Source of the DNA: Candidatus Omnitrophota bacterium
GTDB taxonomy: Bacteria > Omnitrophota > Omnitrophia > Omnitrophales > Aquincolibacteriaceae
Assembly (NCBI GenBank): GCA_049324575.1
Contig: JBMONI010000002.1
Span: 92,804-156,803, forward strand
Length of the DNA stretch: 64,000 nt
Direction of reading: 5' to 3'
Positions 1 to 8,160 of this stretch are shown in pieces. The position numbers were made by a program, and so were the translations under genes. The notes beneath the pieces were generated by a model. It made no database searches. It worked only from the letters and a program-made list of their open reading frames with translations, and was not told the DNA's origin. Position 1 is the first letter of the stretch. Each line of letters begins with the position of its first letter.

Positions 1-3000
1 AAAGACCCAATAATACTGATAAGGGTCGGCCCCCTGGCGAGGCCGTTTGATAACATAAGCGTCTTGGAGACCGGATTCAGCGACGTTCCCTTCCAAAAAC
101 GCTTTATAGGCTTCCGATCCATCGGGATCTGCTTCAGCGCTAACGGCATCAGAGGGAGTCCCTTCTTCAGGAGCGGGCGGCGTAGTCACATCCGAAGCGC
201 GAGGCGGCAGATCGATAAGACGAAAAGCCAAGACCACAGTCGAAGCCTCGGACGAAAGGATCTTAATGGCAGTCTCTTCGGCCAGTTGGTAACGAGCGCC
301 CCATCCCGCATCGCTTGAGATCGCGGCTCCAAAAGCTCTCAAGGTCTTTAGTTTTTTAGCGCCGTCGCCGGGCACATCCGGTCGGATCGGCCATTCAAGG
401 GTGACCCTCTTCTTTTCCGCGCTGAATTTCAATTCAAGCGGATCCTCCGAGCGGTACCACTCCTGGGACGTGATCAGACCGACAAGATCACTGATATCAA
501 GATCGGCGGCCTCTCCTTCTTCCCTCACCTCGGCCCGTAATGAAATAACACGGGCCTCGGCGCGAAGGCCATGTTTGGGACGCAACTCCCGGTCCGCATT
601 GTGGAAAAAACTCCTCACGGCCACCGGCATCCCGACGCTCTTGCGCGAATCATACCCCACTTGATTATTCAGCCATCTCCGGAAGGTTTCAAATTGCGGC
701 GGTCTTGTGATCCTCGCCCTTTCAAGAAAACGACGCTCTTTTTTCAACAACTTTTCGAAAAAGCGAATGGCGCCTTGATTTTCCGGGGTCGGATCAGCTT
801 CCTTTGCCATCGCAAGCGCTCTTTCGATCGCGGCTAGCGCGGTTATTTCGGCAACGGCCGTCACCACGGGTTGAGCGACATCACTTCGCAATTCCGCCCG
901 CCCTTGGAGGCGAGGCGTCTCGCCTTGGGCGGACGCACGGCGACGGCGCGAAACTTCGCCGTCCGAAGTCACGGGCCCCATCACCCCTTCCGCATTGGTC
1001 ACGCTGGGTGTATAGCGGTTGAGATAATTCCAAAGGAGCGAGCGCTCATTGAGAAGCGAAACGTCCCAGCCCCGGACCCCGGCAAAGATCCTTTCGAAAT
1101 GCGCGAGCACATTGAAAACAAATTCCTGGCGATGCGGTTTTCTCGCTTCCTGGCTCAAAGCGATATCCACCAGCGGCGCCAAAAGACTTTTCAGGATCGG
1201 GAGTGAGTAAGGAAGGTAAACATTGATGGCGCGATCGGCATTGGCCCGAGTTTCAAAAACGCGGCGGGTTTCGGCGATACGTTGTTCCTTCCACCGGCTG
1301 ATGACCTCCTGGACAGTCTTTTCAGGTCCGACCACCAATGTCGAAAGGATATCGAGCATCAGACGAATATCGTAGCCTGTGAGCAAACCGTTCCCCTGGA
1401 GCAAAAGGTCCGGACTGTTATAGGTGAAAAGACCGTAATGCGGGCCATAAGGTTTCACCGCTTCGACCATGGCATCTGAAAGCGCCTCGTTCCCGCTTAC
1501 GATCAGGACTTCATCCGTTTCCAAACGCATTTTTTGTTGCTTGCCGGTTTCATCGCGAAATGAAATTTCATTTCCTTGCAATATCCCCCGGACTTCCTCG
1601 GGCCCCGCAAATTCGATATCCAGAACCTTGACTTTGAAACCACGCTCGCGAAGCCCCGCTTCAACTCTTTCGGCGATCACATGCTTTCCGGACGACCGCA
1701 TCCCGCCCATCAGCACGACATTCCCTCCTTGACGGGAGCGAATTCGATCGGCGATCTCTGTCACCGCTCCTTCGATCGAGCGATGAAGCGTTTCATCGAC
1801 ATCGGCGATCAGCTCTTGCCGCTCTTTTGCGTTCAATCCGTTCAACTGATGCACCGTCGCCGGCGTTTGATCGAGCGCTTCTTTTTCGATGGTATACGGT
1901 AATCTCCGGGAAGGAAAAAGAAAGACCCTCAGAAGGATCGTCAGAACGCGAACAAGCCGCCCCCACCGATCGGACGGTTTGGACAAAGGTTTTCTGTATT
2001 TTTTGTAAAAAACCGATTGAGGATCCGCCAGTTCCGCATTCACGATCCGGGCCAGGGCCGTGATAAAAGCGGCCTTGCGAAGGTTCGTCTTTTTCGCCCG
2101 GGCGAGTTTGACCACGCTGTAAAAGGCCTTCAGAATGCGGTCTTCCATCATGCCGTTGACCATCACTTCGGGCCACTGTTCATTGACGTTATTCTGCCGC
2201 CATTCGAGGAAAGAGACGATCACGCCGCCCGCATTCGCGATGACATCGGGAACGATCAGGGCTCCTTTTCTTTCGAGGATCTTTTCAGTTTTCCGATTCT
2301 TGATCGGCCCATTCGCCCCTTCGACGATCATTTTCGCCCTGATCAGGGGGGCGATCTTTTCATCCACGGTATTCTCGCCCGCCGCGAGCGTCAGGATGTC
2401 GACATCGCTTGACCAGAATTCCGCCACCGGAACGATCCTGGCTTTTCCAGGATTCGCTTCGGCATAAGCGCGGAGCGCGTGTCCTTTGAATTTCCCGAGG
2501 TTCTCTTCCACGGAATAAAAACGGTTCACAAAATCATTGAGCTCGGGAATATCCAGCCCTTCGGGACCCACACTTGCGATCGCCATCGCTTCCTTGGGAT
2601 CATAGGCTTCCTTGATCGCCATGATCTTTCCCCCGGCCTCGGCGTAGAACCCGGTCGCATATCCCCCGACGTTCCCGCCTCCTTCCACCGCGAACCGAAG
2701 CCCCTTGATCTCGGTCCCGATGCCGAGCATTTTTCCAAAGATTTTCAGAGCTTCGCGCGTAATGAAATAAACGCCGCGTCCGGTAGCCTCGCGCCGGCCT
2801 TTCGAGCCTCCCTTGTCTACCGGTTTCGACGTAACAAAGCCAAGCGGAGATCCCTGAACCATTTTGAGATTTTGATGTGCCGGGTCTTTCAGATAAAAAT
2901 CGAGATAAGGCGTTCCGGTATCGGGGAATGAATTTTCAAGGAATCTGCGGAATCTCGGCGTCATAAAAAGCTCCGCATGTTTGATCTTCAGATACTCATC

Positions 3001-6000
3001 CGCCATCCATCCCATGATCTTTTCGGAGGTCCCGATATCGGGAGCGGGAATATCATCCAGAGGCCCGATCGTATCGGGATTTTTCTCGATAAGCGCCCGG
3101 ACATAGCCCCGGGTCAGCCGCGCAAGTTCGCCTTCGGAAAGAGTGCTCGGATCAATCTCGATGCCGCCTTTTCCACCGCCGTAAGGAAGTCCCGCGATCG
3201 CGTTTTTGACGCTCATCCACATCGAAAGCGCCTGGACATCCTCCACATCCACATGCGGACTGTACCGCACGCCCCCTTTCCCGGCGCCCAGGGCCGCGTT
3301 GTGATAAACGCGGTAGCCTTTGAAGGTCCGTGTCGAGCCATTATCCATCCGCGCCGGAATAGAAACTTCCGTCACGCGGTAAAAAGACAAAAGCCAATCG
3401 AGAAGTTTCCGGTCAAGCCCCATCGCTTTGGCCGCCTGACGGACCTGCTCCTTCGCGTTCCGAAGCGCGATCGCACCCGCCGACGCCTGTCGCACTTCGG
3501 CCCTGCCGGATTTTTTTTCGGTCGAAGCTGGCTCGACCTTGTCAGGGGCGGCCGCGCGAGAAGAGCTCTGAAGCTGGGCCCAAATCTCCGCTTCCCTTTC
3601 ATCCAAAGCCGCAAGGCGCCGGGCAAGATGCACGGCCATGCGGGGGTCGGTTCCGAATTGTTGATTGAGGCGTTCCCTTTCTTCCTGGATCGTTTGAAGC
3701 TCAAGAAGCGCACGATCTTCCGATACGCGCGTCGCCATCGCCGGAGAAAGAACGCCCGCTTTTTCTGCCTGTCGCAGTTCAGCGCGGGGAGGATTTTGAA
3801 ACTGTTTCAGTTTTTCGCTGACCCGCTTATACAGATCAGAATCTTCGTACACCCCTTTGATGAGCAAAAAGATGTTGTTTGCTTGCTTCGCTTTTTCCAG
3901 AAGCGCAGAATCGATGCCTTCCAAGACCTCCACTAAAGCGCTTATGCCGACTTCTCTCATGGCAACGACCACAGGATCTTCCCAAAGTTTTCGTTCCGCC
4001 TTTTCCACAAAATCCTCATCATGGATATTCGCCAGAACAAGCGTGTTGGCTAAATACTGATGGACTGTGAGATTCCCGTTATATTCCAACGCCATGCTAA
4101 TACCGCTTTGAGGGGTCACTCCCATTTTCTGCCAGACGGGATAGACCCTGGCAAAATTGCCTTTCTGAGAGGCCCATTCCTCAGTGCCTTCCTCCATTTT
4201 CAACTCGCCGTAGTAAACCGGGATCTCCAGTCCTGACCCGAAGTCGATCTTTTTGACAGGAAATATCCTCGACTTCGCGAAATCATCCATAAGCTTCCCG
4301 CCCAGGCTTGCGGCTAGAGACGGGATAGGATCGTCCGGTGTCAATGTCCCGCGCCAACTCAGTTCCATATCCTGATAACGCGACACACCGTGTCGTTTGA
4401 ATAACTCCACGATATATCCGTAATTCGCAGGTTTAACCTTTTTATGAAAACTATCCACGCTCACGCGAATAAAGAGATTCTTCAGCGGCTTCTTGCCGAG
4501 TTCGCGCCTGGCCTTCGCAGCTCCGGCGATATCATCAAGCAACCTTTCCGTTCTTGTTTCGTCCGAGAACATGATGCCGCTCGTGATAATCTCGATCTCT
4601 TCGACGTCGGCTTCTCTGATAAATTTCAGAAGGGACGGCATCCGCGTCAGCGGCTCCCCGCCCGTCAGCCCGATCTTTCTGAATCGTTTTTCTTTCAGAT
4701 ACTTAAGGATCCTGTCCACGTCCTTTTCATTGAAAAAAACTTCTTTTCTGCGATCTTGAACGGCATGCATGAAACAGAATGCACATTGGACTGGGCAGAA
4801 ATTTGTCAGCGAAATATAGAGCTCTTCATATTTCAAAAATTGTTCCCGAGAATATGCCCGCGCTTCGGCCCGAGGTTTTGCGCTAATGCCTAATCGCCCA
4901 ACGGCTAACGGCTGAATGATCGCTCGGAGTTCCGCCCGGCCGTTCGGCGAGATCACCGCGTCAGCGCGACTCGCGTATTCCATCGTGCCCGCTTTCGCGG
5001 CCGCAAGTTCCCCCGCCTGCGAGAAGATCGAACGTATGTAGGCCTTGGTGCCCGCCTCGTCCGCTTTCGTGATTCGCGGCGTCAATCTCGCGTACGTGTA
5101 GCCCTTCGATTCAAAATGTTCCCGGAACGGTTCCGCGTGGAATCCGCCCGTCACCACCGCTACCCGGTCCGTCCCCAGTTCCTTGATCCGCTCTTCGACA
5201 CGCCTCATCATGATCGTGTCGCGCTGCTTCGCGAATGAATAAAAAGACATTGCCTTATTGAACAGATCATCGATCTCGGCCAGATTCTCGAACGCCACGT
5301 CTTTGACGCGATTGTCTTTGTTGAGCGCCGAGAATCGGGAGGCGATATTCGAAGGAAGCAGAGGCGTATGGGAGTAGGACGGTATGGCAGTATGGAGTAT
5401 GGAGTATGGAGTATGGGGTTTTGCTGCATCCTGTGTACTGCTTACTGTCATACTGTTATATTCGCTGTCCGTCAATTTCAACTCGAACAGTTTCTCCAGC
5501 AACTGATAATCCGAAAGCAGCGCCACCAGCGCTTTTTCCTCGTCCGTCTTCGACATCCGTTCCAAGAGCTTCCCTTTCAACTGCTCCACTTCCGCCATCA
5601 GCGCCCCCGCCTCAAGCTCCGTCGACAAAAGCCACTGCCCAAGATAACTCTTCACCTGCGGGTATTTCCCATGCGCGAAGTCCCTCGGCAAATATCTCAC
5701 CATGTCCTCCACCAAGGACTCCGATTCCGCGCCCGAAAGCGGGATCTCGTGGATCGGGGTCCCGAGCACTTTCTCGATATAACCGTAAAGGTTCCGTGCG
5801 GAGATCCATTTCCCGTGGATCCGCGATTGCGCTCTGGTCAGATACGGCTTCACCGCGGCGAGGAATGCCGCGCGCTCGCTCTCGAATTTCGCGGCGTCGA
5901 ATTTCTCCGCGAGGTCCGTCGTCACATACAGCCTCACCAGCATCGGCCACTCGGCCTGATAGCCCGGGTCCGCGAGGTCCCAGCCGTAGCGCTTCGCTTT

Positions 6001-6684
6001 CGCGCGCAGGAACTTCGTCCATTCGCCGAAGCTCATCCGCTCCAGGGCGTACGATTCCTGCGCTCGCATGAATCCTTTCAGCGTGTCGTTCAGATAATGA
6101 CCCGAAAGACGCGCGATCGATTCGTCCATCGCCTTCAGGAACTTTCCCGTCGATTCTTTCGCTTTCAACACTTCGATGAACGCTTGCTCGTTCGCTTTGT
6201 AGGCCGCGAGGTCTTCGATGCCGTAAGCCGAAGCCGCCTTTTCATCGAGAAGATAAAGCTCCGCGCCGTGGACAAGCGCTTTTTTCGTGAGGTAGTCGTT
6301 GGCTTTGCGGTTGCGCGTTGGGTCGTTCGGAAAGAAATTCAGGATCGCGGGATCGAGTTTCGCCACCGCGCCTTCCACCAGCACCGTCTTGATCCCGAGC
6401 GTCTTTGTCAGATGATTCAGCAGCGCCTGGATATTTTTCTGCGCTTCGAAATTCCCGTGCGCCGTCTGAATGTGCACGATCGCCGGCCCTTGCGCCGTTT
6501 TCAGATGATCGAGGCGCCCGTGCTTTGTGGGAATGCTGATCGCACCCCAAGAAGCGTGGTCCGAAGCTTGGCGAACACCGATTTCCGTCACTGGAAATCC
6601 TGGCGCACCATAAGAAACATTGGTTGTGATGAAAATAACGGTGGTGAGGGCAGCGACAGCAGCTTTAAAGGGTCGAGCGCGCAT
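1..6684 (-). CDS. Giant multidomain protein, partial (C-terminus beyond window start; at least 2,228 aa in window). Order N to C: signal peptide, TraB/GumN/Tiki-like domain, radical-SAM core, Glu/Leu/Phe/Val dehydrogenase (GDH), P-loop NTPase-like domain, further uncharacterised sequence.
   Basis: Manual reverse-complement translation of every 60-nt line from 6720 down to 1: ATG at 6684..6682 (MRARPFKAAVAALTTVIFITTNVSYGAP...), in-frame TAG 15 codons upstream, then no stop through position 1. Absent from ORF track only because no stop lies inside the window. Motifs read directly: CPVQCAFCF + IGLTGGEPL (radical SAM); LPYGGGKGGIEIDP, DIPAPDIGTS, VEGGGNVGG, EGANGP, IANAGGV (GDH); GGMRSSGKH (Walker-A-like); H..H / VLVEGA / VAVVTGGFHAEP...GYTYARL (TraB/GumN-like). 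Confidence 0.85.
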   Translation of the reverse strand, partial: MRARPFKAAVAALTTVIFITTNVSYGAPGFPVTEIGVRQASDHASWGAISIPTKHGRLDHLKTAQGPAIVHIQTAHGNFEAQKNIQALLNHLTKTLGIKTVLVEGAVAKLDPAILNFFPNDPTRNRKANDYLTKKALVHGAELYLLDEKAASAYGIEDLAAYKANEQAFIEVLKAKESTGKFLKAMDESIARLSGHYLNDTLKGFMRAQESYALERMSFGEWTKFLRAKAKRYGWDLADPGYQAEWPMLVRLYVTTDLAEKFDAAKFESERAAFLAAVKPYLTRAQSRIHGKWISARNLYGYIEKVLGTPIHEIPLSGAESESLVEDMVRYLPRDFAHGKYPQVKSYLGQWLLSTELEAGALMAEVEQLKGKLLERMSKTDEEKALVALLSDYQLLEKLFELKLTDSEYNSMTVSSTQDAAKPHTPYSILHTAIPSYSHTPLLPSNIASRFSALNKDNRVKDVAFENLAEIDDLFNKAMSFYSFAKQRDTIMMRRVEERIKELGTDRVAVVTGGFHAEPFREHFESKGYTYARLTPRITKADEAGTKAYIRSIFSQAGELAAAKAGTMEYASRADAVISPNGRAELRAIIQPLAVGRLGISAKPRAEARAYSREQFLKYEELYISLTNFCPVQCAFCFMHAVQDRRKEVFFNEKDVDRILKYLKEKRFRKIGLTGGEPLTRMPSLLKFIREADVEEIEIITSGIMFSDETRTERLLDDIAGAAKARRELGKKPLKNLFIRVSVDSFHKKVKPANYGYIVELFKRHGVSRYQDMELSWRGTLTPDDPIPSLAASLGGKLMDDFAKSRIFPVKKIDFGSGLEIPVYYGELKMEEGTEEWASQKGNFARVYPVWQKMGVTPQSGISMALEYNGNLTVHQYLANTLVLANIHDEDFVEKAERKLWEDPVVVAMREVGISALVEVLEGIDSALLEKAKQANNIFLLIKGVYEDSDLYKRVSEKLKQFQNPPRAELRQAEKAGVLSPAMATRVSEDRALLELQTIQEERERLNQQFGTDPRMAVHLARRLAALDEREAEIWAQLQSSSRAAAPDKVEPASTEKKSGRAEVRQASAGAIALRNAKEQVRQAAKAMGLDRKLLDWLLSFYRVTEVSIPARMDNGSTRTFKGYRVYHNAALGAGKGGVRYSPHVDVEDVQALSMWMSVKNAIAGLPYGGGKGGIEIDPSTLSEGELARLTRGYVRALIEKNPDTIGPLDDIPAPDIGTSEKIMGWMADEYLKIKHAELFMTPRFRRFLENSFPDTGTPYLDFYLKDPAHQNLKMVQGSPLGFVTSKPVDKGGSKGRREATGRGVYFITREALKIFGKMLGIGTEIKGLRFAVEGGGNVGGYATGFYAEAGGKIMAIKEAYDPKEAMAIASVGPEGLDIPELNDFVNRFYSVEENLGKFKGHALRAYAEANPGKARIVPVAEFWSSDVDILTLAAGENTVDEKIAPLIRAKMIVEGANGPIKNRKTEKILERKGALIVPDVIANAGGVIVSFLEWRQNNVNEQWPEVMVNGMMEDRILKAFYSVVKLARAKKTNLRKAAFITALARIVNAELADPQSVFYKKYRKPLSKPSDRWGRLVRVLTILLRVFLFPSRRLPYTIEKEALDQTPATVHQLNGLNAKERQELIADVDETLHRSIEGAVTEIADRIRSRQGGNVVLMGGMRSSGKHVIAERVEAGLRERGFKVKVLDIEFAGPEEVRGILQGNEISFRDETGKQQKMRLETDEVLIVSGNEALSDAMVEAVKPYGPHYGLFTYNSPDLLLQGNGLLTGYDIRLMLDILSTLVVGPEKTVQEVISRWKEQRIAETRRVFETRANADRAINVYLPYSLPILKSLLAPLVDIALSQEARKPHRQEFVFNVLAHFERIFAGVRGWDVSLLNERSLLWNYLNRYTPSVTNAEGVMGPVTSDGEVSRRRRASAQGETPRLQGRAELRSDVAQPVVTAVAEITALAAIERALAMAKEADPTPENQGAIRFFEKLLKKERRFLERARITRPPQFETFRRWLNNQVGYDSRKSVGMPVAVRSFFHNADRELRPKHGLRAEARVISLRAEVREEGEAADLDISDLVGLITSQEWYRSEDPLELKFSAEKKRVTLEWPIRPDVPGDGAKKLKTLRAFGAAISSDAGWGARYQLAEETAIKILSSEASTVVLAFRLIDLPPRASDVTTPPAPEEGTPSDAVSAEADPDGSEAYKAFLEGNVAESGLQDAYVIKRPRQGADPYQYYWVF
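1330..1745 (-). other. P-loop NTPase-like domain within the giant protein (Walker-A-like GGMRSSGKH)
   Basis: Translated ...RQGGNVVLMGGMRSSGKHVIAERVEAGLRERGFKVKVLDIEF...; family not recognised. Confidence 0.35.
1985..3420 (-). other. Complete Glu/Leu/Phe/Val dehydrogenase (glutamate dehydrogenase-like) domain within the giant protein
   Basis: Translated SIPARMDNGSTRTFKGYRVYHNAALGAGKGGVRYSPHV...LPYGGGKGGIEIDPSTLSEGELARLTRGY...DIPAPDIGTSEKIMGWMADEY...GGSKGRREATGRGVYF...FAVEGGGNVGG...DILTLAAGENTVDEKIAPLIRAKMIVEGANGP...PDVIANAGGVIVSFLEWRQN; catalytic Lys and Rossmann GxGxxG both present. Confidence 0.85.
3990..4830 (-). other. Radical SAM core domain within the giant protein (CxxxCxxC at 4800..4774)
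   Basis: Translated ...YISLTNFCPVQCAFCFMHAVQDRRKEVFFNEKDVDRILKYLKEKRFRKIGLTGGEPLTRMPSLL...; no further Cys cluster, so no SPASM/twitch extension. Confidence 0.75.
5050..6590 (-). other. TraB/GumN/Tiki-like (PF01963-like) domain region of the giant protein
   Basis: N-terminal AIVHIQTAHG...TVLVEGAV and C-terminal RVAVVTGGFHAEPFREHFESKGYTYARL resemble the paired GxxH / E motifs of the TraB/GumN family; assignment from motif memory. Confidence 0.45.
5365..5417. repeat. Imperfect tandem heptanucleotide repeat (GTATGGA)n, three perfect plus about four degenerate units, inside the giant CDS
   Basis: Plus strand 5390-5410 = GTATGGA x3 perfect, flanked by GTATGGG, GTATGGCA, GTAGGACG, GTATGGG; on the coding strand CCATACT repeats encode ...KPHTPYSILHTAIPSYSHTP... 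Confidence 0.85.
6598..6684 (-). other. Predicted N-terminal signal peptide or signal anchor of the giant protein (MRARPFKAAVAALTTVIFITTNVSYGA)
   Basis: Basic n-region (R2,R4,K7) followed by a roughly 20-residue hydrophobic stretch; translated by hand. Confidence 0.55.
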
Positions 6685-7145
6685 ACCTTGTGTAAGAATT
6701 CCCGCGTTACCGATTAAGGTAAAGTTATTCTATTGTCTTACGCTTAACTTTTAAAAAATCTCAGGAAAGACAAAGATGCAAGAAATTTAACCGTCATGAA
6801 TGGCTTTGTCAAGTATAAGCCATACAATTTGTTACGAAAAATCCACCCCTGCCGATTTAGCACTCTTTTTCAGTATAAATCCGGATCGTTTTTTCCCATT
6901 TTCAAGTCACCGGCTAGCCCTTGGTAAAATAGGCCCTAATTCATGCTTGTTCCGATCAAAAACTAGCATTCTTGCCTCTTCCGTACATTTTCTTCGCGTA
7001 AAAAACTCGAAGATCCTCTCACAGACCCAATATCCTAACAGCGAATAGCGGCTTTCCCCGGCTCCGTGACATTTTCCGGAAGTTTAGGTAGAATACCGCT
7101 TCCGTTTTTTTACCGTATCTTTTCACCCAGAAAAGGAGTTTTGCC

Positions 7146-7892
7146 ATGTATAAATTGGTGCTTCTGCGTCACGGCGAAAGCGTTTGGAACAAAGAGAATC
7201 TCTTCACCGGATGGACCGATGTCGACCTTTCCGAAAAAGGCTGCCAGGAAGCGCGCGAGGCCGGACTCACCCTCAAAAAAGAGGGTTTTACTTTTGATTA
7301 TGCCTTTACCTCGGTCCTGAAACGGGCAATCCGGACGCTTTGGCTCACCACCGATGCCATGGACCTCCTGTGGCTTCCGGTCGAAAAATGCTGGCGGTTG
7401 AACGAGCGTCACTACGGAGCTTTGCAGGGACTTAATAAAAGCGACATGGCCGCAAAATACGGCGAAGAGCAAGTCAAGATCTGGCGCCGCAGCTACGATG
7501 TCCGCCCCACCGCTCTCGAAGAGAACGATCCGCGCAATGTTCGCAAAGACCCGCGCTATGCCGGACTGAAACCCGGCGAAGTCCCTCTCACCGAATGCCT
7601 GAAGGACACGGTCGCGCGCGTCATCCCCTGCTGGAAAGAAAGGATCGCCCCCGCGATCCGGTCCGGGAAAAAGATCATCGTCGCCGCGCATGGCAACAGC
7701 CTTCGCGCCATGGTCAAATTTCTCGATAACATTTCCGACGAAGCGATCGTCAGCATGAACATTCCGACCGGTCTTCCGCTTGTCTATGAACTTTCTTCAG
7801 ACCTGAAGCCGATCAAAAATTATTATCTCGGGGACCCCGAAAAAGTAAAAGCCGCCATGGCCGCTGTCGCGAATCAAGGCAAAGCGAAATAA
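7146..7892 (+). CDS. gpmA: 2,3-bisphosphoglycerate-dependent phosphoglycerate mutase
   Basis: [32 protein letters not shown]... classic GpmA N-terminus (RHGES catalytic His); RBS AAAAGGAG 8 nt upstream. Confidence 0.95.
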   Translation: MYKLVLLRHGESVWNKENLFTGWTDVDLSEKGCQEAREAGLTLKKEGFTFDYAFTSVLKRAIRTLWLTTDAMDLLWLPVEKCWRLNERHYGALQGLNKSDMAAKYGEEQVKIWRRSYDVRPTALEENDPRNVRKDPRYAGLKPGEVPLTECLKDTVARVIPCWKERIAPAIRSGKKIIVAAHGNSLRAMVKFLDNISDEAIVSMNIPTGLPLVYELSSDLKPIKNYYLGDPEKVKAAMAAVANQGKAK

Positions 7893-8021
7893 GGCTTCGC
7901 CCGCCTCGAGATATTCCCGCGCGTGCTGTCCCTTTCCAGCTCCAGACCGCCCCGTTCCTCCTCGCCCGTAAAGAGTCTTTTTCCTTAATTAAAGAATAAT
8001 TACAATCTAATCGATATTATT

Positions 8022-8075
8022 TGACAGACAACCATTAGTTGTATTATCTTGTAATCTGCATACGATATATCGAAT
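8022..8075 (+). promoter_or_regulatory. Candidate nrdAB promoter (TTGACA 8022-8027) overlapping two NrdR-box-like palindromes (ACAACCATTAGTTGT 8028-8042; ATACGATATATCGAAT 8060-8075, centres about 32 bp apart)
   Basis: Inverted repeats read in the AT-rich leader upstream of nrdA; spacing and ACA..wAtATaTw..TGT pattern match the published NrdR box consensus as I remember it. Confidence 0.5.
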
Positions 8076-8160
8076 ATGAATTTATACGATTTCAAAATTG
8101 CCAGATGTTTTCAGTTCAGTTTCCGTCCTTCTTTCCGCAAACAGTCTTAAGGAGATTCTC

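Noticed and set aside
2977-6717. Long plus-strand ORFs in the track (for example 2977..3936, 5368..6717, 2017..2412)
   Set aside because: Arg/His-rich, low-complexity translations typical of antisense frames; the opposite strand carries a continuous, domain-rich reading frame (the giant gene).
6800-7048. 82-aa plus-strand ORF in the giant-gene/gpmA spacer
   Set aside because: Low-complexity, no RBS, lies in an AT-rich promoter region.
8098-8160. ORF-track start of nrdA at 8098
   Set aside because: AAGGAG RBS sits immediately before ATG 8161, and the protein then begins with the ATP-cone; the upstream extension has no RBS.
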